A stretch of 64,000 nt of DNA from Vulcanimicrobiales bacterium (lineage in GTDB: Bacteria; Vulcanimicrobiota; Vulcanimicrobiia; Vulcanimicrobiales; Vulcanimicrobiaceae), in contig JBBRLI010000003.1 in the NCBI GenBank assembly GCA_038231455.1, forward strand, positions 148,917 through 212,916, read 5' to 3'. The notes under the pieces were generated by a model, which made no database searches, was not told where the DNA came from, and was given only the letters and a program-made list of their open reading frames with translations. Below are positions 1 through 11,719 of the stretch, in pieces; position 1 is the stretch's first letter, and each line of letters opens with the position of its first letter. The position numbers and the translations under genes were made by a program.

Positions 1-4
1 CACG

Positions 5-1380
5 ATGGTCGATCAGTTGAACGCCTTTGCATCCGAAGTGACGCGAGTTGCGCGCGAAGTCGGTTCGGACGGAAAACTCGGCGGTCAGGCCCAGGTGCAA
101 GGCGTCGCCGGCACGTGGAAAGATCTCACGGATAACGTGAACTTCATGGCCTCGAATCTCACCTCTCAGGTACGAAACGTCGCCGACGTTACGACCGCCG
201 TTGCGAAGGGCGATCTGAGTAAAAAGATTACCGTCGACGTTAAAGGCGAGATGCTCGAACTCAAGGGCACGATCAACACGATGGTCGATCAGCTCTCCGC
301 CTTCGCATCAGAAGTCACCCGCGTCGCGCGCGAAGTCGGCACGGAAGGCAAACTCGGCGGTCAGGCTCGCGTCGAAGGCGTCGCCGGTACGTGGAAAGAT
401 CTTACGGACTCGGTCAACTCGATGGCCGGTAACCTCACCGCTCAGGTGCGTAACATCGCAGAAGTCACGACCGCCGTTGCGAAGGGCGACTTGAGTAAGA
501 AGATCACCGTTGACGTTCGCGGCGAAATGCTCGAACTCAAAGGCACGGTCAACGTCATGGTCGACCAGCTGAACGCCTTCGCATCGGAGGTCACGCGCGT
601 CGCTCGTGAAGTGGGTTCCGAAGGTATCCTCGGCGGTCAAGCCCAGGTGCAAGGCGTCGGCGGCACGTGGAAAGATCTCACCGACAACGTTAACTCGATG
701 GCCTCGAACCTGACCAACCAAGTGCGAAACATCGCGAAGGTGACGACGGCCGTTGCCAACGGCGATCTTTCAAAGAAAATCACCGTTGACGTTCGCGGCG
801 AAATGCTCGAACTCAAAGACACGATCAACGTCATGGTCGATCAACTCAACGCCTTCGCATCGGAAGTCACGCGCGTCGCCCGAGAAGTCGGTTCCGAAGG
901 AAAGCTCGGCGGTCAGGCCGTCGTGCTCGGTGTCGGCGGCACGTGGAAAGATCTCACGGACTCCGTGAACTCGATGGCCGGTAATTTGACGAACCAAGTG
1001 CGCGGTATCGCGAAGGTCGTCACGGGTGTCGCCAACGGCGATCTCAAGCGCAAACTCACGCTCGATGCCAAAGGCGAAATCGCCGAACTTGCGGACACGA
1101 TCAACGGGATGATCGATACGCTCGCAACGTTCGCCGATCAGGTGACGAACGTCGCCAAGGACGTCGGCTTCGAAGGCAAACTCGGCGGTCAGGCCGAGGT
1201 CCCCGGTGCTGCCGGCCTGTGGCGCGACCTTACGGACTCGGTCAACCAGCTCGCCGCGCAGCTCACCTCGCAGATTCGCGCGATCGGTGAAGTTGCAACG
1301 GCCGTTACCAAGGGCGACCTTTCGCGAACGATCGAAGTCGGCGCGCAAGGCGAGGTCGCACAGCTCACCGAGAACGTCAA
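5..1380 (+). repeat. Intragenic tandem repeat with ~276-nt period (poly-HAMP units)
   Basis: atggtcga(t/c)ca... recurs at 5, 281, 557 and 833, with a more diverged unit at ~1109. Confidence 0.9.
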
Positions 1381-4183
1381 CGAAATGATCCGGAACTTGC
1401 GCGACACGACGCGTAAGAATCAGGAACAGGACTGGCTGAAGACCAACCTCGCGCGCTTCACCGGTATGCTCCAGGGTCAAAAAGATATCAAGACCGTTGC
1501 GAAGCTCATCATGTCGGAGCTCGCACCGCTCGTCTCGGCGCATACCGGCGTCTTCTATCTCAACGAGCCGGTCGATGAGACGCCGCTGCTCAAACTGCTA
1601 GCGGGTTACGCGTTCAACCGCCGCAAGAACATCACATCGCAGTTCGGTCTTGGCGAAGGGCTCGTCGGCCAGTGTGTTTTCGAAAAAGAACGCATCCTCG
1701 TCACCAACGCCCCCGCCGACTACATTGAAATCAGCTCGGGTCTAGGCTCGTCGTCACCGTTTAACATCATCGTGCTGCCGGTGCTTTTCGAGGGCGACGT
1801 CAAAGCCGTCATCGAGCTTGCCAGCTTTGAGAAATTCAGCGAAATCCACTTACTCTTCTTGGATCAGCTGACAGAATCGATCGGTATCGTTCTCAATACG
1901 ATCGCCGCCAACATGCGCACGGAAGAACTGCTCAAACAGTCGCAGTCGCTCACCTCGGAACTCCAGAGCCAGCAGCTCGAACTCCAGCAGACCAACGAAG
2001 AGCTGGAAGAAAAAGCCCGCCTGCTCTCGGAGCAAAACGAAGAGGTCGAACGACGCACGCGCGAGATCGACGAAGCCCGTCGCGCGCTCGAACAAAAGGC
2101 CGAGCAACTCGCTCTCACCTCGAAATACAAATCCCAGTTCCTCGCGAACATGTCGCACGAGTTACGCACACCGCTCAACTCGCTGCTACTGCTCTCAAAG
2201 CAACTCGCGGACAACAAAGAGAACAACCTCACGAGCAAACAAGTCGAGTTCGCCTCGACGATCCGCCGCTCGGGTACGGATCTGCTCACCCTCATCAACG
2301 ATATTCTCGACCTCTCGAAGATCGAATCGGGAACGACGTCGGTGGACTTCGCCGAACAGCGCATCCACGACATTGCCGATGACGTGGAACGCACGTTCCG
2401 CTCGCTCTCGCTCGAACGGGGTCTTGCCTTCGGGATCTCCGTCGATGACAACGTCCCGCCGGCGATCGAAACGGACTCCACGCGCCTCATGCAGATCATT
2501 AAAAATCTGCTCTCGAACGCGTTCAAGTTCACGCAAGAAGGCCACGTCGAGTTGCGTATTAGCCAAATCGACCGGACCGACACGATGGGGAACACGGGAC
2601 CGTTTGTTGCCTTCTCGGTCTCGGATACCGGCATCGGCATTCCGACGGACAAGCACAACGTGATCTTCGAGGCCTTCCAACAAGCCGACATGAGCACGGC
2701 CCGCAAATACGGCGGGACGGGCCTCGGCCTTGCGATTTCGCGTGAAATCGCCGGCTTGCTCGGCGGCGATATGACCGTTGAGAGCGAACCGGGCGTCGGC
2801 TCGACGTTTACGTTCTTCCATCCGCTTGGCGCACGCAAAGAACGTACGAACGACAACGCGATCATGCTCCCGCCGAAGCCCGCCAAGGCCGGCGGAGCTG
2901 ACGCGCCGTTCCGTGCACTCCCGCCGCGACCCGTGGTGGAACGTGCGGCGCAGATCGCGAACGCACGCGCCGGCGAAATCGAAGTCGACGACGATCGCAA
3001 TGCGATCAAGCCGACGGACCGCACCGTCCTCATCATTGAAGACGACGCCACGTTCGCGCGGATTCTGCTCGGACTCGCACGCGATCGCGGCTTCAAAGGC
3101 ATCACCGCACACACCGGGGCCGACGGTATCGCGCTTGCACGTGCCTACATGCCCGATGCCATCACGCTGGATATTCGTTTGCCCGATATCGACGGCTGGC
3201 AGCTGCTTGACGCCATCAAAAAAGACCCGACCACGCGCAACATCGCGGTACACGTGATCTCGGGCGAAGAACAGTGGCAGCGCGCGCTCGACTCGGGCGC
3301 GGTCGCGCACTTGAAGAAACCCGCAAGCGAAGATGCGCTGACGGAGGCCTTCGACAACCTGCTCGGTTTCGCGGATAACACGACGCGCAATCTGCTTGTC
3401 ATCGAAGACGACGTCACGCAACTCTCAGCGATGGCCAATCTCGTCTCATCGGGCGAAGTCACCGTCACGGCGGTGAGCACCGGCAGCGAGGCGCTCGCAG
3501 CGCTCGATCGCGGTCGTTTCGACTGCGTCGTCGTTGACCTTGGTTTGCCCGATATCGACGGCATCCAACTCATCGAGCAGATCAAAGCACATCCGGCGCA
3601 CGTGCGCGTCCCCGTCATCGTCTATACGGGCCGGGAACTCGACGAACAACAGGAGTCCGCCCTGCGGCGCCTGAGTCAATCGATCATCATCAAAGACGCG
3701 ATGTCACCCGAACGCCTGATCGATGAGACGAGTTACTTCCTCAACCAAGTCGAGGCGCGACTGCCGAAACGTCCACAAGCCCAGATCGGAACGGCAGCGA
3801 GCCTCGAGGGGAAGATGGTGATCATTGTCGACGATGACGTACGTAACATCTACGCACTCAAATCGGCACTCGAAGAATTCCGCATGAACGTTCTCACCGC
3901 GGAGAGCGGAATGGAGTGCATCGAAACGCTGCGCGGGCGCACGGACGTCGACGTCGTTTTGATGGACATCATGATGCCGGAGATGGACGGCTACGAGACG
4001 ATCCGTCGTATCCGAGCCGACAATCAGTGGGTTGCGCTCCCGATCATCGCCCTCACCGCAAAAGCGATGAAAGGCGACCGCGAGAGCTGCCTTGCTGCCG
4101 GTGCATCGGAGTACATCAGTAAACCGGTCGATGTGGATCAGCTCGTTTCGCTGATCCGTGTCTGGCTTGATGTGACCGTGTGA
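5..4183 (+). CDS. Hybrid sensor histidine kinase: poly-HAMP, GAF, HisKA/HATPase, three receiver domains (5' end outside window)
   Basis: 92-aa HAMP repeats ([20 protein letters not shown]...), H-box [15 protein letters not shown] box [11 protein letters not shown] boxes DTGIGI and GGTGLGL, three REC domains; frame open to the left edge. Confidence 0.95.
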   Translation: MVDQLNAFASEVTRVAREVGSDGKLGGQAQVQGVAGTWKDLTDNVNFMASNLTSQVRNVADVTTAVAKGDLSKKITVDVKGEMLELKGTINTMVDQLSAFASEVTRVAREVGTEGKLGGQARVEGVAGTWKDLTDSVNSMAGNLTAQVRNIAEVTTAVAKGDLSKKITVDVRGEMLELKGTVNVMVDQLNAFASEVTRVAREVGSEGILGGQAQVQGVGGTWKDLTDNVNSMASNLTNQVRNIAKVTTAVANGDLSKKITVDVRGEMLELKDTINVMVDQLNAFASEVTRVAREVGSEGKLGGQAVVLGVGGTWKDLTDSVNSMAGNLTNQVRGIAKVVTGVANGDLKRKLTLDAKGEIAELADTINGMIDTLATFADQVTNVAKDVGFEGKLGGQAEVPGAAGLWRDLTDSVNQLAAQLTSQIRAIGEVATAVTKGDLSRTIEVGAQGEVAQLTENVNEMIRNLRDTTRKNQEQDWLKTNLARFTGMLQGQKDIKTVAKLIMSELAPLVSAHTGVFYLNEPVDETPLLKLLAGYAFNRRKNITSQFGLGEGLVGQCVFEKERILVTNAPADYIEISSGLGSSSPFNIIVLPVLFEGDVKAVIELASFEKFSEIHLLFLDQLTESIGIVLNTIAANMRTEELLKQSQSLTSELQSQQLELQQTNEELEEKARLLSEQNEEVERRTREIDEARRALEQKAEQLALTSKYKSQFLANMSHELRTPLNSLLLLSKQLADNKENNLTSKQVEFASTIRRSGTDLLTLINDILDLSKIESGTTSVDFAEQRIHDIADDVERTFRSLSLERGLAFGISVDDNVPPAIETDSTRLMQIIKNLLSNAFKFTQEGHVELRISQIDRTDTMGNTGPFVAFSVSDTGIGIPTDKHNVIFEAFQQADMSTARKYGGTGLGLAISREIAGLLGGDMTVESEPGVGSTFTFFHPLGARKERTNDNAIMLPPKPAKAGGADAPFRALPPRPVVERAAQIANARAGEIEVDDDRNAIKPTDRTVLIIEDDATFARILLGLARDRGFKGITAHTGADGIALARAYMPDAITLDIRLPDIDGWQLLDAIKKDPTTRNIAVHVISGEEQWQRALDSGAVAHLKKPASEDALTEAFDNLLGFADNTTRNLLVIEDDVTQLSAMANLVSSGEVTVTAVSTGSEALAALDRGRFDCVVVDLGLPDIDGIQLIEQIKAHPAHVRVPVIVYTGRELDEQQESALRRLSQSIIIKDAMSPERLIDETSYFLNQVEARLPKRPQAQIGTAASLEGKMVIIVDDDVRNIYALKSALEEFRMNVLTAESGMECIETLRGRTDVDVVLMDIMMPEMDGYETIRRIRADNQWVALPIIALTAKAMKGDRESCLAAGASEYISKPVDVDQLVSLIRVWLDVTV

Positions 4184-5022
4184 TCGAGGCCCGCCCGACC
4201 GCACCCGCGATTGCCGAAATCGAGCTTCAATTGATGCTCGAAGCGGTGTACCGCGTGGCGGGTTACGACTTCCGCGAATACGCTCCTGGCACGCTCAAGC
4301 GGCGTGTTGCGGAGCGCGTGCGCGCTGAAGGCGTGAACACGTTCTCCGGACTCCAGGAGCGGCTGCTTCACGATCCGGAGGCGCTTGGCCGGTTTGTGTA
4401 CGCGATGAGCGTCACGACCCCGGATGGGCTCTTTCGTGACCCCAATTTCTTCCTTACGTTCCGCGGCGACGTCATCCCGATGTTACGCACGTTTCCGTTC
4501 TTGCGGATCTGGTGCGCGAATGCGGGTGCCGGCGATGACGCATACGCGCTTGCGATCATTTTGCGCGAGGAAGGCCTCGCACACCGTTCGCGCATTTACG
4601 CCACCGACGCAAGCGAGATGGCGATCGACCAAGCCAAGGCGGGTCGCTTCCCCGCCGACCTCATTGAAGAATACGAATCGCGCTATCGTGAAACGGGCGG
4701 GACCGGAGACTTCTCGCGCTACTATGCACGCGACGGCGTATGGGCGACGTTCGATCCGACTCTGCGTCAGACGATTCTTTTTGCCCAGCACAACCTCGCG
4801 ACGGACGCATCGTTTAATGAATTCCACGCGATCCTCGCGCGCAACGTGCTCGGTCATTTCTCGAAGTCGCTCTCGTATCGCGTCCACCAAATATTGCTTG
4901 AGAGCTTGGTGCGTCTGGGGTATCTGGGTCTTGGCGCAAACGAATCGCTGCGCTATACGCCACACCAGCGGTGCTACGAAGAAGTGACCGAAAACGGAAA
5001 GATTTACCGCCGCATCCGCTAA
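4180..5022 (+). CDS. cheR: CheR-family protein-glutamate methyltransferase (divergent motifs)
   Basis: [14 protein letters not shown]-terminus, [31 protein letters not shown] overlap with the kinase. Confidence 0.85.
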   Translation: MIEARPTAPAIAEIELQLMLEAVYRVAGYDFREYAPGTLKRRVAERVRAEGVNTFSGLQERLLHDPEALGRFVYAMSVTTPDGLFRDPNFFLTFRGDVIPMLRTFPFLRIWCANAGAGDDAYALAIILREEGLAHRSRIYATDASEMAIDQAKAGRFPADLIEEYESRYRETGGTGDFSRYYARDGVWATFDPTLRQTILFAQHNLATDASFNEFHAILARNVLGHFSKSLSYRVHQILLESLVRLGYLGLGANESLRYTPHQRCYEEVTENGKIYRRIR

Positions 5023-5031
5023 GACGTCATC

Positions 5032-5952
5032 GTGCGTTCTCGGTTGCCCCGGGTCTCCTCGAAATTGCTGACGACGATGTCGACTCCGCCGCCTTCTGCG
5101 GTGGTCTCGCCCGCCGCCAAACGCGCGAACGGCATCGCCTCGGAGCCGACGATCGGTTCCGCTGCAGCGCCTCCGAAAACGATGCGCGAGGTCCTTGGCA
5201 GAGCGTATATGCTGCGCGGATCGATCGCCTGGACGCATGCTGCGAGTGAAATGTTGGGGATCGCCGAGCGCAGCGAGCCAAGCGGCATCGACGTTCGCGA
5301 AGTCATCGAATTGACTGCCGTCGTTCCGAATGGCTCGGGGACGACGACGGTCGGTGCCTTCGCGCCGGTGTCCGACTTTGCATCGGTGCTCGCGAACGGC
5401 TCGATCGCTACGGAGTCGCTTGCGGCAATTCGCTTGCGGCTCGCGCTTAGCGGCGCACGTTTGCGGGTTGTGCGCGACGGCGTGCTCGCAACGATTGCGC
5501 TCGATGCATACAAATCTGACTCACCGTTGCTACCGGTGTCGCTTGAAATCCCGTCGCCTACGCGCGGGATGGGCATCGCCGAACGTCGCCGCGCGACGAC
5601 CGACGGCACGGCATCGTACGAGCTTTCGGTCATGACCTCGCTTCGAATCTCGCAGCTTCATCGTTTCGAGGACGTCCGAATCTTCGTCTCGCTCGATGGC
5701 ATCGTCCAGCGTGCCACCGAAGCGGAAGCCGTACTCGATTCACAGCGATTCGGGCTCGGCGCCCTCGTCGAGGCGGCGCGCGTAAGCGCACATGCAATCG
5801 AATCGATCGATGCGCGCACATCCGCCGCTGCGCGAGCGGTCGCGCCGCTGGTTCTTGCCGCGCTTCGAGAATCCGTTGCCATTGCAAAACCGAAAGAAGA
5901 AGAACCCCGACGACGAGCCTTGGGAAAGCCAAGAAAAAACAAGAAGTCGTAA
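5032..5952 (+). CDS. Hypothetical protein with basic C-terminal tail
   Basis: Long ORF filling the gap between cheR and the next gene; no family recognised; start uncertain (ATG 5077 possible). Confidence 0.6.
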   Translation: MRSRLPRVSSKLLTTMSTPPPSAVVSPAAKRANGIASEPTIGSAAAPPKTMREVLGRAYMLRGSIAWTHAASEMLGIAERSEPSGIDVREVIELTAVVPNGSGTTTVGAFAPVSDFASVLANGSIATESLAAIRLRLALSGARLRVVRDGVLATIALDAYKSDSPLLPVSLEIPSPTRGMGIAERRRATTDGTASYELSVMTSLRISQLHRFEDVRIFVSLDGIVQRATEAEAVLDSQRFGLGALVEAARVSAHAIESIDARTSAAARAVAPLVLAALRESVAIAKPKEEEPRRRALGKPRKNKKS

Positions 5953-5954
5953 CC

Positions 5955-7070
5955 ATGCGTTTCGCCGGTCTGCTCGCTCTTTTGTTCCTTCTCGCCTCTT
6001 ACGAAAGAGCCAATGCCGCGACGCTTCGAATCTTGACGCTACCCTCGAACGCAACGATCGATTTATACTCCGAGCAACGTGCCGTGAGCGTGAATGCACG
6101 AGGTGACGTGGTTGTAAATGTCGTGACGGATCGCGGGTCGAGAATCGTTGCTTGGGATCGAATCGGTAATCGTCGATTGCTCGATCCTCCAATCGAAAAC
6201 GTCCCTGGCGAACCTCGGGTTGACGTAAAGCGCGCCGAGACTGCTTGGGGCGTCATGGCAACCGATGGCCGGGTCTTCGGCGTGGAAACCTACCCGTTTG
6301 AGGGTGCATACATTGGGACCGTGGTCAGGCCATACATTTGGGATCGTGCAAAAAAGCAGATCTTTCAACGCGCACGCTGCGGGGGTGTCGGTGGTTTTCT
6401 GTTTCCCACGGCTAATTCGAGTGACGATCGGATCGCGATGTCGACGCGATCGGTCGATCCCGTGTCCTCGAGAACGTTTGACGATGCAACACCGCCCGCG
6501 GCATTTATTATTCAAGGCGAGCGGTGCGACGCTCTGGAGATCGGTTGGATCAATTCAATCGCTGGCGTTTATGCATCCGGCTATCGTACCTATGAAGGGT
6601 CGACGATCGTGTCGGTGCATCCGAACGCGAATCATGCCTTTACGTTTCGAGCAGTTCGCTGGAACGGCAAACGCGCATTGGAACTGGGGGCTGGGATTTC
6701 TTTTGGCGTGAATGCCCATGGTGATTGCGTGGGAGCAAGTCGTTTGCTTGAGATCGGCGCAGCTTTGCCCGTTCGAGCGATCGTTTGGCACGGATCTCGC
6801 GCGACTACGCTAGCGACGAAATCCCGTAATTCCGTCGCCTATGCGATTAACGAAACGGGCAGGACAATCGTCGGATCGGTGTGGGACGATCGCGCCCGAC
6901 ACGCCGTTCGATGGCGAAATGGGCGTGAGGAGCGGCTGGAATCGTTCCTGCACGCTCAGGATCCTCCGCAGCTCGAAGTTGCATACGGAATCACGCCCGA
7001 CGGCTGGATTTACGGAATTGGGCGAAGGCACGGCAGTACGGTTATCTTTTTTTTGAGCGTTTCGAGATAG
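5955..7070 (+). CDS. Secreted HAF-repeat-like extracellular protein
   Basis: Signal peptide; repeats AVSVNARGDVV, SFGVNAHGDCVG, AYAINETGRTIVG, HAVRWRNG, AYGITPDGWIYG. Confidence 0.7.
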   Translation: MRFAGLLALLFLLASYERANAATLRILTLPSNATIDLYSEQRAVSVNARGDVVVNVVTDRGSRIVAWDRIGNRRLLDPPIENVPGEPRVDVKRAETAWGVMATDGRVFGVETYPFEGAYIGTVVRPYIWDRAKKQIFQRARCGGVGGFLFPTANSSDDRIAMSTRSVDPVSSRTFDDATPPAAFIIQGERCDALEIGWINSIAGVYASGYRTYEGSTIVSVHPNANHAFTFRAVRWNGKRALELGAGISFGVNAHGDCVGASRLLEIGAALPVRAIVWHGSRATTLATKSRNSVAYAINETGRTIVGSVWDDRARHAVRWRNGREERLESFLHAQDPPQLEVAYGITPDGWIYGIGRRHGSTVIFFLSVSR

Positions 7071-7071
7071 C

Positions 7072-7641
7072 GTGAACGCCTATGACATCGCCGGTTTCAT
7101 CACCGGCGCCATCAACGTTTGGCTTGTCGTCCGCAACAATCCATGGAACTGGCCATGGGGCATCGTCAATGCCGCGATCTTCCTCACATCTTTTTGGCTC
7201 TCCGGGCTCTTTGCCGATTCGGCGCTCCAGGTCGTCTACATCGTTCTTGGCGCGTACGGATGGTGGGCTTGGCTGCGCGGGGGAAACGCCGCAACCGCGC
7301 TGCCAATTACGCGTGCTAGTGCGCGCGTGATCGAACTCTCGCTCGTCGTCGTCGCAGTGATGACCGCCGTCTTTGCTACCGTTCTCGCGCACGCGCTCGG
7401 ATCGACCGTCCCGTTCTTCGACGGAATTACGACCGCGCTCTCGCTTGTCGCGCAAGTGCTGCTCACTCGCCGCATGATCGAAAACTGGTATTTCTGGATC
7501 GTAGCCGACTGCATATATGTACCGCTCTATTTCACGAAAGGTCTGCCGCTCACCAGCGCGCTCTACGCGATTTTTCTCGTCATGTGCATCGTGGGCGTCG
7601 TTCAATGGCAGCGCGAACTGCGAGCGACTGCCCTTTCATGA
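7072..7641 (+). CDS. pnuC: Nicotinamide riboside transporter PnuC
   Basis: Hydrophobic; WNWPWGIVN, YGWWAW, ENWYFWIVAD motifs; adjacent to nadR. Confidence 0.92.
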   Translation: MNAYDIAGFITGAINVWLVVRNNPWNWPWGIVNAAIFLTSFWLSGLFADSALQVVYIVLGAYGWWAWLRGGNAATALPITRASARVIELSLVVVAVMTAVFATVLAHALGSTVPFFDGITTALSLVAQVLLTRRMIENWYFWIVADCIYVPLYFTKGLPLTSALYAIFLVMCIVGVVQWQRELRATALS

Positions 7642-8639
7642 GGCGCGGCCTCGTCTTCGGAAAATTCCATCCGCCGCATCGTGGCCACAAGTACCTCATC
7701 GATGAAGCGGCCGCCCGTTGCGATACGCTCACCGTCTTGCTCATGGCCTCCGAACGTGAATCAATTCCGTGCGACCTCCGGCTCGCATGGCTGCGCGAAA
7801 TGCATCCGCGTACGGACATCCGGCTCGTGCCCGATGAGATGCCGACTGCGTGGTCGCTCGAACGCGAAGATCTTTGGGAAGCATTTTCGACGCTCGTACG
7901 CAGCGCTCACCCGGAGCCGATCGATCGGCTCTTCACCTCCGAATGGTATGGAGAACGGACGGCGCAGGCTCTACACTGTGAGCATGTGGCGATCGATCCG
8001 ATGCGCCGGACGTTCTCGGTCAGCTCATCACTCGTGCGCGCGAATCCGACCACCTACCTCGATCTGCTGGCGCCCAGCGTTCGCGCCTGGATCGTTCCGC
8101 GCATCGTGATTGTTGGCGCTGAATCCACAGGAAAAACGACGCTCGCTCAAGCACTAACCGCGCATTTTTCCACCGTGTGGGTGTCAGAATTTGGCCGCGA
8201 GTACACGCGCTGGGTCGGCCAAACCCAGACGATCCCATACCGGTGGACGAACGAAGATTTCGTGGTCATTGCCGCCGAACAGCAAGCGCGCGAAGATACG
8301 GCTGCTCGGGCAGCGGCTCCCGTTTTGATCTGCGATACTGATGCATTCGCGACGGATCTTTGGCGGAGACGTTATCTTGACGTTCGCGACGGTGTTGTGC
8401 CGCACGATCTTCCCGGTCGCCGGTTCTATTTGCTCACGCGGAACGACGTGCCGTTCGTGCAGGATGGGAGCCGCGACGGAGAGCATCGTCGCACGGAGAT
8501 GACCGCCTGGTTTGCATCCGCGTTCGCGGTGTCAAACACAGACGTAAATATCGTCGAAGGCCCGTACGAAGGCCGACTGGCGCAAGCGATCACCGCCGTC
8601 GAGCGCGCCCGTAGCGCTGTCATTCCGCTCGAACGCTGA
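7638..8639 (+). CDS. nadR: NadR-like NMN adenylyltransferase / ribosylnicotinamide kinase (no HTH)
   Basis: GKFHPPHRGH (HIGH-type), SSSLVR, P-loop GAESTGKTT, EFGREY, CDTD, VPFVQDGSR; ATGA overlap with pnuC. Confidence 0.9.
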   Translation: MRRGLVFGKFHPPHRGHKYLIDEAAARCDTLTVLLMASERESIPCDLRLAWLREMHPRTDIRLVPDEMPTAWSLEREDLWEAFSTLVRSAHPEPIDRLFTSEWYGERTAQALHCEHVAIDPMRRTFSVSSSLVRANPTTYLDLLAPSVRAWIVPRIVIVGAESTGKTTLAQALTAHFSTVWVSEFGREYTRWVGQTQTIPYRWTNEDFVVIAAEQQAREDTAARAAAPVLICDTDAFATDLWRRRYLDVRDGVVPHDLPGRRFYLLTRNDVPFVQDGSRDGEHRRTEMTAWFASAFAVSNTDVNIVEGPYEGRLAQAITAVERARSAVIPLER

Positions 8640-8677
8640 GTCGCTTCGCGTCGTCGAGATCGCGTGCGAATTCGGTG

Positions 8678-8935
8678 TTAAATCTGCTCGACGCTCGTAA
8701 TCTCATCGCAAGCATCGCAGACCACGGTCTCGATCATGCCTTTGAGCGTCATCGTTGAGGCGGGACAGCCCCCGCATGCACCGAGCATCTGGACGTAGGC
8801 AACGCCGTTCTCGGCTTTGACGAACCAGACTTCACCGCCGTCCGATGCGATCATCGGGCGGACGCGGTCGAGCGCTTTTTCGATCCGTGCGCGTAAGTCG
8901 GCGTCTTCGATGGTAGCGGGTTGTTCTATCGCCAT
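8678..8935 (-). CDS. NifU/NfuA-like Fe-S carrier domain protein
   Basis: VRPMIASDGGEV...GACGGCPASTMTLK motif. Confidence 0.92.
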   Translation of the reverse strand: MAIEQPATIEDADLRARIEKALDRVRPMIASDGGEVWFVKAENGVAYVQMLGACGGCPASTMTLKGMIETVVCDACDEITSVEQI

Positions 8936-9010
8936 TGCAGTTTCTTCCGACCGGTCGCGGGTGGTGAAGGTTTCGCCGTACTGGCGCTTAGGCGAAGGCG
9001 CATCACACGC

Positions 9011-9910
9011 CTACGTGAGCGCCAAGCTGACGTAGGCGAGGAGGGCCGCAAGGACGGTACTGATATAGAGCGCGACGCCACGAAAGGCGATCGCCGCGTT
9101 CTCGCGCGGCGTCGTGTAGCGTCCCATCGCAAGCGCGCGCCAGAGCGCCCCGCCGCCGATTACAACGACCGCGACGACGATTGCCAGACGCGTCGGCGCG
9201 CCGAGTGCCACTGCGATTCCGGCGGCCACGGCGACGGCGACGATCGCGCCATAAATGAGGCGGACGCTGCCCGCCCGCCCGAGCCGCACGACAAGGTTGC
9301 GCTTCCCGGTCGCCGCATCGGCTTCAACGTCAGGAAACTCGACACAAAGCATCATCGCGATCATGGCGGCCGCGAGCGGCAGTGTGGAAGCGACGGCGAG
9401 TACGTCGATCTTCCCCATGAAGGTCGCGTAGCCCGCCAATGGCACCAGGACCGCCACCACGAGTGCCGTCGTTATCTCGCCGGCGCCGATTGCGAGTAAG
9501 CGGAGCGGCGGCGAAGAGTAAGACCAGGCAAAAATGGCGATCGCCACGCCGATGAACGCCATCGACCATTCCCCGATGAGCGCAAAGACGGCAGTGAGCG
9601 CAAGGCCTACCGCAAGGCATACGAGCGCGGCGACGAGCCCGACGATGGGCGGGAGCGAACCGTCGACGAGCGCTCCGCTGCCGCCCGAGAAGGCCGTTCG
9701 CGTCGTGCGCGCATCGCCGGCCCGGTCGAAGTAATCATTCGAATAATGAGTCATCAGGTGGAAGGCCGTTACGAGCGCCTGGCCGAGGGCATAGCGGGCC
9801 GGGGTTAACGCGGCGCCCTCATACGAAGCGATCGCCGCGCCAAGACCGAATCCGAGGAACCCGCCGACGAGAAACTTCAGACGAGAGAGCCGGAGAAAGG
9901 CGAGGATCAT
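9011..9910 (-). CDS. UbiA/MenA-family prenyltransferase
   Basis: NDYFD...SGGS, YSSPPLRL, EFPDVEADAATGKRNLVVRLG; multiple TM helices; start 9910 or 9931. Confidence 0.88.
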   Translation of the reverse strand: MILAFLRLSRLKFLVGGFLGFGLGAAIASYEGAALTPARYALGQALVTAFHLMTHYSNDYFDRAGDARTTRTAFSGGSGALVDGSLPPIVGLVAALVCLAVGLALTAVFALIGEWSMAFIGVAIAIFAWSYSSPPLRLLAIGAGEITTALVVAVLVPLAGYATFMGKIDVLAVASTLPLAAAMIAMMLCVEFPDVEADAATGKRNLVVRLGRAGSVRLIYGAIVAVAVAAGIAVALGAPTRLAIVVAVVVIGGGALWRALAMGRYTTPRENAAIAFRGVALYISTVLAALLAYVSLALT

Positions 9911-9990
9911 GGCCCGCCATGGTTGCGACAAGAGGAGGGTTCAACCCGTCTTGATAAGGCCGTTTCGCCATTCGAAAGGAGGACGCGAGT

Positions 9991-10818
9991 TTGAAAGAAC
10001 GGCGGCGAACGGCATTTGGTCGTCCCACCGTGCAGTCGGTAGACCGCACGCTCGATGTCTTAGAGGCGCTCTCGACGCGCCGCACCCCAACCGGTATTAG
10101 TGACCTCGCGCATCACGTCGGGCTGCACGTCAGTACCGTCCACCGATTGCTCGCGACGCTCGTCGACCGCGGCTACGTTCGGCAAGACCCGGATAGTTCG
10201 CGTTACCATTTAGGATCGCGGATATTCGCACTTGCGAGTGCTGCCGACATCCATCTGGACTTGCGTTTGGTTGCGCGTCCGTTTCTGGAACGCCTCATGC
10301 GCATCGCGGGTGAGACGGCGAACCTCGTCACCTACGGCGAGGGCGAGGTCGTCTATCTCGAGCAAGTCGAGAGCATGCATCTGGTGAAGATGTTCACGCA
10401 ACCCGGAATGCGAGCTCCGCTTTATTGCACGGCAAGCGGAAAATTATTCCTCGCATTTGGCGGCGATGCTCCGAAGGCGATGCTTAAAGAACCGTTGACG
10501 CGACACACCGCAAATACGATCACGTCGCTCCCCGCGCTCGACGCGCAGCTCAAGCAAATTCGTCGCGACGGCTACGCGATCGACAATGAAGAAATGGAAG
10601 AGGGTGTGCGGTGTCTTGCGGTTCCGATCTACGACCGACGCGGCGAACTCTGCGGTGCGCTCTCGATTTCCGGCCCGACGACGCGTATGACGCCAGCCCG
10701 CGTCACGACGATTGTCAATCAAGTGCGCGACGTCGCAAAGGAACTCTCGCGACAACTCGGATACGATGCGTCAGCGGTCGGTGTCGCGCCGGCTCTGAAC
10801 GGAGCACATGTCAACTAA
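9991..10818 (+). CDS. IclR-family transcriptional regulator
   Basis: VQSVDRTLDVLE, HVSTVHRLLATL HTH, PLYCTASGK, GYAIDNEE..EGVRCLAVPI; GGAGG RBS before the TTG start. Confidence 0.95.
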   Translation: MKERRRTAFGRPTVQSVDRTLDVLEALSTRRTPTGISDLAHHVGLHVSTVHRLLATLVDRGYVRQDPDSSRYHLGSRIFALASAADIHLDLRLVARPFLERLMRIAGETANLVTYGEGEVVYLEQVESMHLVKMFTQPGMRAPLYCTASGKLFLAFGGDAPKAMLKEPLTRHTANTITSLPALDAQLKQIRRDGYAIDNEEMEEGVRCLAVPIYDRRGELCGALSISGPTTRMTPARVTTIVNQVRDVAKELSRQLGYDASAVGVAPALNGAHVN

Positions 10819-11719
10819 GGTCGGATTGATCGGCGTCGGCGCCATGGGCGAACCCATGGCTGCCGCGCTACTGGCAAAAGGATTTGCCGTCACCGTTTGC
10901 GCGCATAAGAATCGCGCCCCACTCGACCGGCTCGTCGCCGTAGGCGCGCACGACGGCGGAACGCCCGCGGGTGTCGCTCGTGCAAGTGATGTCGTTATCA
11001 CGATGGTGCCTGATGCACCGCAAGTAGAAGAATCGATCTTCGGCGAGAACGGTGCGCTCGGCGGTGCGAAACCCGGCACGCTTTTCATCGACATGTCCAC
11101 GATTTCGCCCGTGTCGACGCGCGCGTTTGACGAACGACTGCGCGCGAGCGGCATGCGGTTTGTCGATGCCCCCGTAAGCGGCGGCCCGGCACGAGCGAAA
11201 ACGGGAACGCTTACGCTCATGGTTGGGGCGAGCGATGCGGATCTGTCTTTCGCCCGTCCGGTGCTCGAAGCAATGGGCACACCGAATCACGTCGGCCCCG
11301 TCGGTATGGGCGAGACCGTCAAACTCGTCAATCAGATTATGATTAGCTCGATCATGCTCGCCAACTGCGAGGGAATGGTCTTCGCGGCAAAAGCCGGTGC
11401 CGATGTCGAACTCGTGCGCGAAGTCATTCTCACGGCAACCGCATCGAACTATTTGCTCCAAAACTGGCTGCCGCAGTCGTGGTTCGCGGGCAAGCTCGAT
11501 GGCGGATTCGCGCTCGATCTCCTGCGCAAAGATGTTGCCGCCGCGCTCGATGCGGGTCGCACGATGGGCGTGCCGATGCCCGCGACGGCCCTCGCCTATC
11601 AGCTCTTTACCGCAAGCTCGGGCGAAGGCCACGGCCGCCACGACTATTCATCGGTTGCAACGTTCTACGAACGTGCGGCCGGTACGGCCATCGCCCAAAA
11701 CATCGCTAAGACCAAGTAG
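10808..11719 (+). CDS. NAD(P)-dependent beta-hydroxyacid dehydrogenase (3-hydroxyisobutyrate / tartronate semialdehyde reductase family)
   Basis: GLIGVGAMG, DMSTISP, DAPVSGG, KLVNQ. Confidence 0.92.
   Translation: MSTKVGLIGVGAMGEPMAAALLAKGFAVTVCAHKNRAPLDRLVAVGAHDGGTPAGVARASDVVITMVPDAPQVEESIFGENGALGGAKPGTLFIDMSTISPVSTRAFDERLRASGMRFVDAPVSGGPARAKTGTLTLMVGASDADLSFARPVLEAMGTPNHVGPVGMGETVKLVNQIMISSIMLANCEGMVFAAKAGADVELVREVILTATASNYLLQNWLPQSWFAGKLDGGFALDLLRKDVAAALDAGRTMGVPMPATALAYQLFTASSGEGHGRHDYSSVATFYERAAGTAIAQNIAKTK

Noticed and set aside
5-1400. Long near-identical repeats suggesting a CRISPR array or assembly duplication
   Set aside because: In-frame 276-nt coding repeats with synonymous divergence (poly-HAMP); no spacers
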